This document shows positions 9,862 to 18,925 of a stretch of 64,000 bases of DNA, in pieces (the stretch's first letter is position 1; every line of letters starts with the position of its first letter). Origin of the DNA: Nitrosopumilus sp. (GTDB lineage: Archaea; Thermoproteota; Nitrososphaeria; Nitrososphaerales; Nitrosopumilaceae); the NCBI GenBank assembly GCA_965207075.1, contig CBDBLO010000002.1:2214-66213 (forward strand). The letters run 5' to 3'. The position numbers and the translations under genes are program-made. The notes under the pieces are model-generated. The model saw only the letters and a list, made by a program, of their open reading frames with translations. It ran no database searches and was not told the origin of the DNA.

Positions 9862-11091
9862 ATGACCGCAATGGTGCTGGAGTGCCGCGAGTGCAAGAAG
9901 AGGTACGGCACGGAGTTCCGCTACGTGTGCGACGAGTGCTTTGGGCCGCTCGACGTGAGGTACGAGGGGCTGCCGAGGCTCGAGCCCGGGACGTTTGAGG
10001 GGCGCGAGCAGACATACTGGAGGTACAGGGAGCTGCTGCCCGTCGAGGACGCGTCAAACATCATAAGCATAGGGGCCGGCATGACCCCGCTGATCAAGGC
10101 CGACGCGCTGGCCGAGCGGCTGGGCCTCAGGAACGTCTACATCAAGAACGACTCGGTGAATCCGACGTTCTCCTTCAAGGACAGGCCGGCCGGGGTCGCG
10201 GTCTCAAAGGCAAAAGAGTTCGGGATGTCCAGGGTCGGGTGCGCCTCGACTGGCAACCTGGCGTCTGCGACTGCCGCGCACGCGGCAAGGGGCGGCATGC
10301 CGTGCCACATATTCGCGCCAAGCAACATAGAGATGGCAAAGATCGCCCAGGCGCTCTCCTACGGGGCCGACTACATATCGGTGGACGGCACGTACGACGA
10401 CGCGAACAGGATAGCGGCCCAGGCCGGGGACAGGCTGGGCATCGGCGTGGTCAACATCAACATGAGATCATACTACGTGGAGGGCTCAAAGACCCTGGCA
10501 TACGAGGTAGCCGAGCAGCTGGGCTGGCGCGTGCCGGACAACCTTGTGGTGCCGGTCGGAAGCGGGGCCATGCTCAACGCCATATGCAAGGGGTTCGAGG
10601 AGCTGGAGTCCGCGTCGCTCGTGCCGGGCGGGGGCGTGCGGGGCATGAGGGTGCACGCGGCCCAGCCGACTGGGTGCGCGCCCGTGGTGGACGCGTTTGC
10701 AAACAACCAGGATGCAGTCGTGCCAGTCGAGTCCCCCGACACCATAGCAAAGAGCCTGGCGATAGGCGACCCGGGCGACGGCAGGTACGTCCTCAAGCGG
10801 CTAAGGCAGTACGACGGCACGGCTGTGGAGACGTCAGACAGCGAGATCATAGACGCCATACTGCTCCTTGCAAAGACCGAGGGCATATTCACGGAGCCGG
10901 CCGGCGGGGTTGCAGTCGCCACGCTGCAGAAGATGGCGGAGCAGAAAATGATTGATCCCGGCGACTCCGTGGTGTGCTATGTGACCGGCAACGGGCTCAA
11001 GGCGACGGAGGCCGTGATGAGGTCGCTCAAGAAACCGGAGACCGTAAAGGCCGACGCGCAGGCCATAATAGCGGAGGTCGCAGGCAGGTAA
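9862..11091 (+). CDS. thrC: Threonine synthase (PLP-dependent)
   Basis: CxxC...CxxC N-terminus, NPTFSFKDR, ASTGN, VPVGSG and EPAGG motifs. Confidence 0.92.
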   Translation: MTAMVLECRECKKRYGTEFRYVCDECFGPLDVRYEGLPRLEPGTFEGREQTYWRYRELLPVEDASNIISIGAGMTPLIKADALAERLGLRNVYIKNDSVNPTFSFKDRPAGVAVSKAKEFGMSRVGCASTGNLASATAAHAARGGMPCHIFAPSNIEMAKIAQALSYGADYISVDGTYDDANRIAAQAGDRLGIGVVNINMRSYYVEGSKTLAYEVAEQLGWRVPDNLVVPVGSGAMLNAICKGFEELESASLVPGGGVRGMRVHAAQPTGCAPVVDAFANNQDAVVPVESPDTIAKSLAIGDPGDGRYVLKRLRQYDGTAVETSDSEIIDAILLLAKTEGIFTEPAGGVAVATLQKMAEQKMIDPGDSVVCYVTGNGLKATEAVMRSLKKPETVKADAQAIIAEVAGR

Positions 11092-12554
11092 TGGCGCCAG
11101 AGCCTGCGGGAGGGGCGGCTGCCATAACGTTCGTGGTACCGTCCGTGCTGAACCCCGGCGGGGGCGGCGAGCAGAGGATCGACATGGATGTAACGTCGCT
11201 TGCCGACGCGTTTGCAAGGGCAGTCGAGGCCAAGGGCCCCGACTTTGCAAGGCGCGTCATGGAGCCGGACGGCAGGACGCCGCGGCAGCTGATCAACGTG
11301 TACATCAACGGCAAGAACGCAAAGTTCTCCGGCGGCATGGATGCCAAGCTCGGGGACGGGGACGAGGTGTATATACTGCCGGCCGTCGCTGGGGGCAGCG
11401 GCGGCGGCACCGAGAATGGCAGTAGCAGCAGCGCCGCGGCCGCGCAGGCGACCGTATCAGAGGGGCTGACCCCGCGGGAGCTGGAGCGCTTCTCGCGCCA
11501 GGTGATGCTCGAGGAGATAGGATACAACGGGCAGATAAAGCTGAGGCAGGCCAAGATATGCATAGTCGGATCCGGCGGGCTCGGGAACCCCATCGCCACC
11601 AGGCTGGCCGCCATGGGCGCGGGGGCGCTCAGGATAATCGACCGCGACACGATAGAGCTGACAAACCTGCACAGGCAGACCTTGTTTGACGAGGACGACG
11701 TGGGGCAGGTAAAGGTGGAGGTAGCCGCGCGCAAGCTGCGCAAGCTGGCCCCCCACTGCGAGATCGAGCCGGTCCCCATGTCGGTGGGCGCGGCCAACGC
11801 GGCCGATGCCGTGGCGGGGTGCGACGTGGTAGTCGACGCGCTCGACAGCGTGGAGGCCAGGTACGCGCTCAACGCGGCGTGCGTCAGGCTGGGCATACCG
11901 TTCGTTACGGGGGCGGCAGTAGGCGTCTCGGGGCAGGCATTCACCGTCATGCCCGGAAGCTCGGCGTGCTACCACTGCGTCTTTCCCGGCCTGGACGAGG
12001 ACTCGATGCCGACCTGCAGCGTGGAGGGGGTCCACCCGTCGATACTCTCGATTGTCGGCGGAATAGAGGTGGCAGAGGCAGTCAATGTAATTTTGGGCAG
12101 GAAGCCGTCGCTCTCAGAGCGGATACTGCACGTAGACCTGGAGGAGATGGAGTTCCACAAGACCCGGACGTTCAGGGCGCCGGAGTGCCCCGTGTGCGGC
12201 GTCGGTGGCGGCAGCGACACCGGGAAAACGGATCCCGGGACATTGGAGCAGCAGCAGCAGAAAAAAGATCCCGACGGCCTCGTACTCGAGGAGCTGTGCG
12301 GCCGCAACAGGGGCAAGCGCACGTTTGCGATAACGCCTCCCGCCGCGCTCGACGTGGACCTTGGCGCCATATCCGACGCGGCGCGCCAAAAAGGATTCAC
12401 CGTGGAGAACCAGGGGGACCTGGGGCTGTCACTGCGCACAGACGAGCTGTCCGTCAGCATAATGAAGAAGGGCTCGGCCGTCGTGGTCGGGACAGAGGAC
12501 GAGGCGGGGGCCGCCAAGCTGTACAACGAGCTGCTCGGACGCGGTAGCCGGTAG
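11091..12554 (+). CDS. ThiS/MoaD ubiquitin-like domain fused to a ThiF/MoeB E1-like adenylyltransferase
   Basis: beta-grasp ending ILPAVAGG; RFSRQ, GSGGLG, DRDTIELTNLHRQ, CYHC and CPVC; start overlaps the thrC stop (TAATG). Confidence 0.9.
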   Translation: MAPEPAGGAAAITFVVPSVLNPGGGGEQRIDMDVTSLADAFARAVEAKGPDFARRVMEPDGRTPRQLINVYINGKNAKFSGGMDAKLGDGDEVYILPAVAGGSGGGTENGSSSSAAAAQATVSEGLTPRELERFSRQVMLEEIGYNGQIKLRQAKICIVGSGGLGNPIATRLAAMGAGALRIIDRDTIELTNLHRQTLFDEDDVGQVKVEVAARKLRKLAPHCEIEPVPMSVGAANAADAVAGCDVVVDALDSVEARYALNAACVRLGIPFVTGAAVGVSGQAFTVMPGSSACYHCVFPGLDEDSMPTCSVEGVHPSILSIVGGIEVAEAVNVILGRKPSLSERILHVDLEEMEFHKTRTFRAPECPVCGVGGGSDTGKTDPGTLEQQQQKKDPDGLVLEELCGRNRGKRTFAITPPAALDVDLGAISDAARQKGFTVENQGDLGLSLRTDELSVSIMKKGSAVVVGTEDEAGAAKLYNELLGRGSR

Positions 12555-12623
12555 GGGCCGGCAGGGGCCGCGGCCGGCGCGCGCCGCGGGCACCACACGA
12601 AGTACGAGTCCACGCCGCGCGCG

Positions 12624-13391
12624 TCACAGCAAAAACTCCGCCGCGTTCCTGCCCTCCTCGGTAAGCGAGACCCACCTGGTCCTGCCTACCTTCTCCACGT
12701 GCAGAAAGTTCCACTCGTCGGTGAGCGGCTCCACGATGTTCTTTGCCAGGCTCGCAAACCTAGCCGACTCCCTGTTCTCCTCGCGCGAGTTGACCGTGAT
12801 TATCCCGAGCTCCTCGGCCCTCTCGGCCATCTCGCCCTTCCTTATGCGCCCCCCCTCGGCCTTACTGACTATCGCAAGGGCCCTTACGAGCTCCTGCCGC
12901 GGCGTCTGTATCCTGTACTTGGGAAGCGTGGTGATGGACTTGAGGCCGCTGGACATCTGCTCGGGCGCCCGCCCCGGGGACTCGGCGGCCGACGACGTGT
13001 ACCCCTCCGGCTCCGCATAGTACGGCGTGATGCTCGCCGTGTCGTTCCACATCATGCACGCCATCATGCACGCTATGGACTGTATCTTGGAGCCGGACGA
13101 CACGTTTACGTATATGTCGTTGCCGCCCCCCTCCGCTATTATCCCCCTTACGGCCTTTAGCATGCCAAAGAGGTTCTTCCGATCGGCGTACTCGGCCCTC
13201 ACCTCTATCCCCTCCCCCCCGAGGCGCTCCCTGATCTCGGCCTCGAAGGGCTCCGCCTTGTCCTCGGAGCGGTTGCTGTGCACGAGCAGCCACACCGCGT
13301 CGGCCCTCAGGCGTATGGCAGGCAGCACTATCCTGTCGACCTCGAACCCCAGAGGGGCTATGTGCACCCGCAGCTTTGACTCTGTCTCCAT
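12624..13391 (-). CDS. HFX_2341/DUF6293-like regulator (Rossmann/CARF-like N-domain plus wHTH)
   Basis: VHIAPLGFEVDRIV...YVNVSSGSK; C-terminal HTH with TRWVSLTEEG wing. Confidence 0.7.
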   Translation of the reverse strand: METESKLRVHIAPLGFEVDRIVLPAIRLRADAVWLLVHSNRSEDKAEPFEAEIRERLGGEGIEVRAEYADRKNLFGMLKAVRGIIAEGGGNDIYVNVSSGSKIQSIACMMACMMWNDTASITPYYAEPEGYTSSAAESPGRAPEQMSSGLKSITTLPKYRIQTPRQELVRALAIVSKAEGGRIRKGEMAERAEELGIITVNSREENRESARFASLAKNIVEPLTDEWNFLHVEKVGRTRWVSLTEEGRNAAEFLL

Positions 13392-13540
13392 ACTGTGCAG
13401 GCTGTGCACAGCATGGACAATTTAAAGCCAGGCGGCGCGCCGCCGGCTACGCGGCGCCGTCAAAAATGAACATTTTTTACTCCCGGACGGCGGCGCGTTT
13501 TAGAAGGTTTATAAGCGAAATTGAGGTATCAGACTTGAGG

Positions 13541-14146
13541 ATGTCAGAGACCATAAAGCGCAGATCTGACGGCTTATCACGCAGGGACTTTTTGAAGCTT
13601 ATAGGGGCGGCGGGGACCGGGCTCGCGTTCGCTCCGTTCGTGCCGTTTGGCAACTTTATGCCCAACCCCAACCAGGCCTCACTCGAGAGGGTGCCGGCCA
13701 TGCTGCCGGACGGCACCCAGGCCAACATCAACACGTTCCCGGTGAACCACTCGGAGGTGATCACGTACCCGGCCACCGGCGACCCGGCCCTGGACGCGGA
13801 GGCGTTCCGCAAGTGGCAGCTCATAAGGCTGCCGGCCGAGATGGGCGGCGAGGCCGGCGACGTCTCGGCGCTGCGGGCGTTCAGCATGATATGCCTGCAC
13901 CTGTGGTGCCTCTGGAAGTACTGGCCCGACGACGGCAGGAAGAGGGGCGAGTGCCCGTGCCACGGCAGCATGTACGACGCGTCGACCGGCATAGCGTACA
14001 TAGGGCCCGCCTCCGTGCAGGCCTCGCCGTCAAACACGCTGCCAAAGCTGACGCTCGATTTGGACGCCGACGGGCTAGTGTACATACTTCCCCCCACGTT
14101 TACCGCCAACGAGAACGGAGTAGTAGGATATGGCCGCTTCGCCTGA
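13541..14146 (+). CDS. petC: Rieske Fe-S subunit of the bc-type complex
   Basis: Tat signal SRRDFLK; CLHLWC and CPCHGS Rieske boxes. Confidence 0.93.
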   Translation: MSETIKRRSDGLSRRDFLKLIGAAGTGLAFAPFVPFGNFMPNPNQASLERVPAMLPDGTQANINTFPVNHSEVITYPATGDPALDAEAFRKWQLIRLPAEMGGEAGDVSALRAFSMICLHLWCLWKYWPDDGRKRGECPCHGSMYDASTGIAYIGPASVQASPSNTLPKLTLDLDADGLVYILPPTFTANENGVVGYGRFA

Positions 14147-15782
14147 GGGAGTGACGCTCTTCCCGAGGAGGACGGGCGCCGTCGCCTTCTTCTACTGGCT
14201 GTGGGAGGGGGTGGACCGCACCATATTCACCGCGATAAAGTTCTCCTTTCCGGCCAGGTTCGTCAGCCCGTTCGGGTTCCTCGGGATGCTCACGTTCATC
14301 ACGTTCATCATACTGGGCGTCTCTGGCGCCCTGCTGATGTTCTACTACCAGCCGATACTGGACAGGGCGTGGGACAGCGTCCAGTTCATAAACGACGAGG
14401 TCCCCTTCGGGTTCCACATACGCAACATACACTACCACGGCTCGAATGCCATGGTGCTGCTCGCGGTCCTGCACATGTACTACCAGTACTTTAGCGGCCG
14501 CTACAAGATAAGGAACGAGGTGCTCTGGATGACAGGCGTCATACTGGGCGTCGTTACCATACTGGAGGCGTTCACGGGATATGACGTGATATTCAGCGAG
14601 AGGGCGGAGCTGGCAATCAGCATAGCGGCCTCGCTGACGACCTCGATACCCGTGGTCGGGCCGCTGATACGCGACGCCGCGCTCGGCAGCGGGTTCTCGG
14701 ACTTTGTGCTGCGGTTCTACGCGCAGCACGTGTTCATACTGCCCGTGGTCATGCTCGGGCTCATGGCAGTCCACTTCCCGAGGTTTTTGGTCTTCGACGT
14801 GCCGATGGTCATGGCCATCGGCGGGGCCATACTGATCACGGGAGGGGTCTTCCCGATTGATCTGGGCTTCAAGTTCCAGCCCGACGTCCCGCCCGGCGTG
14901 ACGGTCCCCGAGTGGTACCTGACCGGAATATACGCGTTCATGCGCACCCAGTACGACAAGTTCGTTACAGGGCTCCTGTGGCCCCTGCTGTTCATAGTAT
15001 CGTTCGTGCTGATACCGTTCATAGACAGGTACAAAAAGTTCTCGTGGCGGGACCGCCCGATTATAACGGCGTTCGGCATCACCAGTCTGGCCCAGATAAT
15101 GGTGACCACCTACTGGGGGTTCTACATCACGCCGGACGTGTCGGTCCCGCTGGTCGAGAGGCTGGTCATCGACCCGATCTTCTTTTATGGTACCATGATA
15201 CTGCTCGTGCCGCTCGGATTCGGGTTCACATATATGATGATAAAGCTCGCAAACGAGGCCGAGCGCAAGGCAAAGCTCGCAAAGAGCTCGGGCCCGCAAA
15301 AGGTGGCTACAATAAGCCTGTCAGAGAAGTGGATCAACTGGGTGCTGGTGGCCCTGCTCGCGTTCCAGGTCTTTTTGAACATCGCGGCGTACAACGCGGC
15401 CCTGACGGGCATGAACAACATCTCGCTCTTCTTCATCGGGCTGATACTCATCGTGTTTGCCGGGTTCTTCCACGTGTACAGGTACGGGATGAGCCAGGAG
15501 AAGGCCGCGCCGCCGCCGATGCCGCCGATGCCGGAGGCGGCCGGCGCGCCGCAGCTGGGGGCGCCGGCGGGAGCGGCAGCTGAGATAGAGGCGGGGGACG
15601 CGGCGGCCGCCGAAAGGCTCGACTCTGAGCCGCAGCAGAAGAAGAAGGAGCTTGAGGCCCCGCCGGAGATACCCGCGGCCGGCGCTGCTGCCGGCGCGTC
15701 AAAGCCGGAGGCCAAGGGGGCCGGGGCGGACAACGCCGCGGCCGCCGATACGGCGCAGAAGGGCAAGGAACAACAGCCGTAG
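14130..15782 (+). CDS. petB: Cytochrome b of the bc-type complex, with an Ala/Pro-rich tail
   Basis: RNIHYHGSN, LHM, RFYAQH, AVHF heme ligands and PEWY motif. Confidence 0.93.
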   Translation: MAASPEGVTLFPRRTGAVAFFYWLWEGVDRTIFTAIKFSFPARFVSPFGFLGMLTFITFIILGVSGALLMFYYQPILDRAWDSVQFINDEVPFGFHIRNIHYHGSNAMVLLAVLHMYYQYFSGRYKIRNEVLWMTGVILGVVTILEAFTGYDVIFSERAELAISIAASLTTSIPVVGPLIRDAALGSGFSDFVLRFYAQHVFILPVVMLGLMAVHFPRFLVFDVPMVMAIGGAILITGGVFPIDLGFKFQPDVPPGVTVPEWYLTGIYAFMRTQYDKFVTGLLWPLLFIVSFVLIPFIDRYKKFSWRDRPIITAFGITSLAQIMVTTYWGFYITPDVSVPLVERLVIDPIFFYGTMILLVPLGFGFTYMMIKLANEAERKAKLAKSSGPQKVATISLSEKWINWVLVALLAFQVFLNIAAYNAALTGMNNISLFFIGLILIVFAGFFHVYRYGMSQEKAAPPPMPPMPEAAGAPQLGAPAGAAAEIEAGDAAAAERLDSEPQQKKKELEAPPEIPAAGAAAGASKPEAKGAGADNAAAADTAQKGKEQQP

Positions 15783-15800
15783 GGGCCGGGGCGGCGGCCG

Positions 15801-16163
15801 CTAGCCTGCCGCCGCATACCGCGCGAAGACTATGCGGCTGTCAATCTCCTTGTGCTGCTCTATTGCCGACGCCCTGAACTTTACCTCGTGCTCGGACTCG
15901 GGCTCAAACGCGATCACGGCGGTAAACTCGGCCCTGCGGCCCCCCTCCTTCATCGAGTCCCTGCTGATGAACAGCCTGGCCACGTTCTGGGAGATCGGCC
16001 TGCCGTTTGAGGACTTGTACGTGATGTGCTCGTTGGAGTCAGATATCTGGGCGCTGACGACCACCCCGTCGTACTTGCCGGGGTACGAGACTGTAATGAC
16101 GCCCCTGATCTCCGCGTTGGGCCGTATCTCCACGGGGTCGATCTCCAGGGATATGTCGCCCAT
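15801..16163 (-). CDS. Hypothetical beta-rich protein
   Basis: MGDISLEIDPVEIRPNAEIRGVITVSY...; plausible codon usage, convergent on cytochrome b. Confidence 0.65.
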   Translation of the reverse strand: MGDISLEIDPVEIRPNAEIRGVITVSYPGKYDGVVVSAQISDSNEHITYKSSNGRPISQNVARLFISRDSMKEGGRRAEFTAVIAFEPESEHEVKFRASAIEQHKEIDSRIVFARYAAAG

Positions 16164-16504
16164 GGGCGTCACTCCACGCCTCCAAATAATAACCATCCAC
16201 GCGGCGCGGGGAGGCCGCCGAGGCCCAATTCGGTTGTTAGTCAGTCCTCCAGCGGCCTGCCATCTTCTGCTAGCCTGAAACCCAGCAGCTTTACCTGGTT
16301 TCCCTCCAAGAGCTGAAAGTACAACCAGCATACGCGATTGCTCACGTAATAGGTCTCATTCTTAGGACAGGCGACTACCGATGTCAGTCCGTCAATACCT
16401 GAAGCCTCCTCGATGTCGTGTATGAGCGACATGACAATCGCCCTCCTCGGATACATGTGGCTTTCCAGATTGCCGTCAAAAGCTGGATCGCTCTGTGATT
16501 TTCA

Positions 16505-16672
16505 TCAGTATCCGAGTGACTCGTGCTTTTGTAATATCTCTTTGTAGCTGGTCTTGATCGGCTTGTTATTCTTCCTTAGTATGTTGTTCACGAACGCCGT
16601 ATCCTCTGGCGACCAGCTCATTCCCTTCTCCGTCACGCCATCCGTCCGGCTCCTTGGTTGTGTGTCAGTCAT
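16505..16672 (-). CDS. Small hypothetical protein (possible antitoxin)
   Basis: MTDTQPRS...HESLGY in a lower-GC patch; its stop overlaps a downstream ATG (TGATG). Confidence 0.35.
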   Translation of the reverse strand: MTDTQPRSRTDGVTEKGMSWSPEDTAFVNNILRKNNKPIKTSYKEILQKHESLGY

Positions 16673-16870
16673 GTTATGTGATGCAGCATTTTGATATATA
16701 ATAGTTATCAACCTTATTGACGCTACGGTGGCGGCATCTAGAAACCCCAACAACGTCAGCCCAAATATGGGGCTTGTGTCAGTTGCCATATCCCCCTCAT
16801 GCCTAGCAACCGAACTGGAAGCGGAATCCACAAAATCAAGCTTTAATTGTGAGGGGACGGGACTCTGCTC

Positions 16871-17293
16871 ATGTCAGACGACGGCAACGGCGCCGCGGCC
16901 AAGGAGTGGGACGAGCTGTGGGGGGAGTATTCAAGGTCCCTTGAGAACTGGAAGAGGATGTACGAGCAGGCCCAGGCCGCAAGCGCCGAGATGCAGTCCA
17001 GGTTCAACGACGTCTGGAAGAAGACGACGGTGGACACCAGCTCCGACACGATGAAGCTCTTTGCGGAGAACTGGCAGGACGCCATGCGCGACGCGGGCAT
17101 AAAGTCGTTCAGGGAGTTCAGCGAGGGATGGCAGAGGGCCCTCAGCGAGTCGGGAACCGGCGGGTTTACGCAGTTTGCAGAGAACTGGCAAAAGTCCCTG
17201 GGCACTGCGGGCCTCGAGCAGATGAATTCGTACGGCGAGATGCTCAAGCGGTTTGCCGAGACCTGGAATGCGATGTGGCCGAAGAGGGTCTGA
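16871..17293 (+). CDS. Helical repeat protein (F-x-E-x-W-Q repeats); C-terminus rewritten by a TnpB element insertion
   Basis: FAENWQ/FSEGWQ/FAENWQ/FAETWN repeats; TTTAAT box upstream; stop TGA lies inside the element's left TIR. Confidence 0.75.
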   Translation: MSDDGNGAAAKEWDELWGEYSRSLENWKRMYEQAQAASAEMQSRFNDVWKKTTVDTSSDTMKLFAENWQDAMRDAGIKSFREFSEGWQRALSESGTGGFTQFAENWQKSLGTAGLEQMNSYGEMLKRFAETWNAMWPKRV

Positions 17294-18869
17294 TACGGAA
17301 TTCAAAAAATGCCCTAAATAGGGTTGGTGAGAAATTCATTTTCCACCACCCGCAAGCGGCGGGCGGATGGCACACCCTCGGGTCGATTCGGGATTCGCGC
17401 CTGAACGTGCTCCGAGTTTTAAAAATTTTAGGTACAATGCCTCAGTCGATCCGGGTGTGTGCGCGGCGGGCGCGCAGATAAAGATATAACGGTAATTTAC
17501 CGTACAAATACTATGTTTACGTACCGAAAGTACCGCGTGCGCGCGTTGCTGACCGCGGAGCAGAGGGGGGAGATCCGGCGCCTGCGCGACGGACAGCGCC
17601 AGGCATACAACTGGGCCGTCTCAAGGCTGAGGGAGGGGTGGCCCCGGAACGACGAGTACGGGCTCTACAGGGAGCTCACCGCACAGAGGAGCAGGCACGA
17701 CTGGCTCCGCGCCGTCCCGGCTGTCATACAGCGCGCCGGAATCCGCGACGCGTTCACGGCCTCCAGGCTGTCGGCGCGGTACGGCCGCGGCGAGCCAAAG
17801 TACCGCTCCAGGAAACGCGGCCCGGGCGCGCTCAGGTGCCCGTTGGCGCCCCGCATGGTGGATCCGTGCCGCATCAGGCTCCCCTGCTTTGGCGCGGTAC
17901 GCGCGTGCATCCCGGATGAGATCATGGAATACGAGCCGCGCGCATACGAGTTCGTCCCGCACAAGGGCGGCTATCTGCTGTACGTGTCGTGCCGCGTCGC
18001 CGTGCAGGGTCAGCGGCCGCCGTCCGACGGGCCGGGCGCCTCGCGCGTGACGGTCAAGGGCGTCGACCGCGGTACGGTCGAGCCAACCGTCGTCGTCACG
18101 CTGAACCCGGACGGCAGCACGAGGAGCAAGGACACGTATGACACGGCGGCGCCCTTCCGCGACGACAGGGCCGGGCATCAGAGGAGGCAGTCCAGAATGA
18201 GCAGGAGGATGAACAGGCGCTCCGGGAGATACAGGCGGCTCCGCGCCAAGACGAGGGGGCAGCTGCGGAGAGTACGAAACCGCCGGACATACGCGGAGTG
18301 CGTGGCCGCAAAGCACGTCGTGGACGACTACAGCCCCCACACCATAGTGCTCGAGAGCCTGAACCTGTCCGGGATGACCCGCCGCGGCGGCCCTTGCAAA
18401 AAGGGCATGAACCGCGAGATGCGCTTTGTCCGACACCATGCAGTCGAGCAGCGCATCCGCAACCGCGCAGAGATGCGCGGGATCCGCGTAACCGCGACCA
18501 GCCCGCATTACACCTCGCAGACATGCTCGCGCTGCGGCCGCGTGGACGCGAAATCCAGGGTCACGCGCGACATGTTCAAGTGCACAGGGTGCCATTACAT
18601 TCAGCACGCGGATGTCAATGCCGCGTTGAACATCGGAAGGCAGGGACTGCCGACGCCTTCTGACGAGGACACGCAAGAGGCAGTCCCCGACGGAGGTTGG
18701 AACCCCTTCGTGAGACGCGAACTGGACGTGCGCCTCAATTGTTTTGTCGAGGGCCCCGCAAGGGGGCGCGAGAACCAAGTGCCTGCACGTCACCTTGCCC
18801 ACATGGGCATGGAGAAAGAACGTCAAAGGACCAATGGGGCCCGCAAGGGCTGAAGTTGGTACCAACCCC
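17286..18869 (+). mobile_element. TnpB-only element 1 with 19-bp imperfect TIRs and a 9-bp TSD
   Basis: TSD GGCCGAAGA at 17277-17285 and 18870-18878; left end GGGTCTGATACGGAATTCA; right end reverse complement GGGGTTGGTACCAACTTCA. Confidence 0.9.
17513..18853 (+). CDS. tnpB: TnpB RNA-guided endonuclease
   Basis: N-terminal HTH (YRVRALLTAEQ); RuvC D (GVDRG), E (VLESL), D (ADVNAA); zinc finger CSRC/CTGC. Confidence 0.93.
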   Translation: MFTYRKYRVRALLTAEQRGEIRRLRDGQRQAYNWAVSRLREGWPRNDEYGLYRELTAQRSRHDWLRAVPAVIQRAGIRDAFTASRLSARYGRGEPKYRSRKRGPGALRCPLAPRMVDPCRIRLPCFGAVRACIPDEIMEYEPRAYEFVPHKGGYLLYVSCRVAVQGQRPPSDGPGASRVTVKGVDRGTVEPTVVVTLNPDGSTRSKDTYDTAAPFRDDRAGHQRRQSRMSRRMNRRSGRYRRLRAKTRGQLRRVRNRRTYAECVAAKHVVDDYSPHTIVLESLNLSGMTRRGGPCKKGMNREMRFVRHHAVEQRIRNRAEMRGIRVTATSPHYTSQTCSRCGRVDAKSRVTRDMFKCTGCHYIQHADVNAALNIGRQGLPTPSDEDTQEAVPDGGWNPFVRRELDVRLNCFVEGPARGRENQVPARHLAHMGMEKERQRTNGARKG

Positions 18870-18925
18870 GGCCGAAGAGCAACTATTAGAGACAAGAATA
18901 AAAGCACCACTATGGTACGCCCGCC

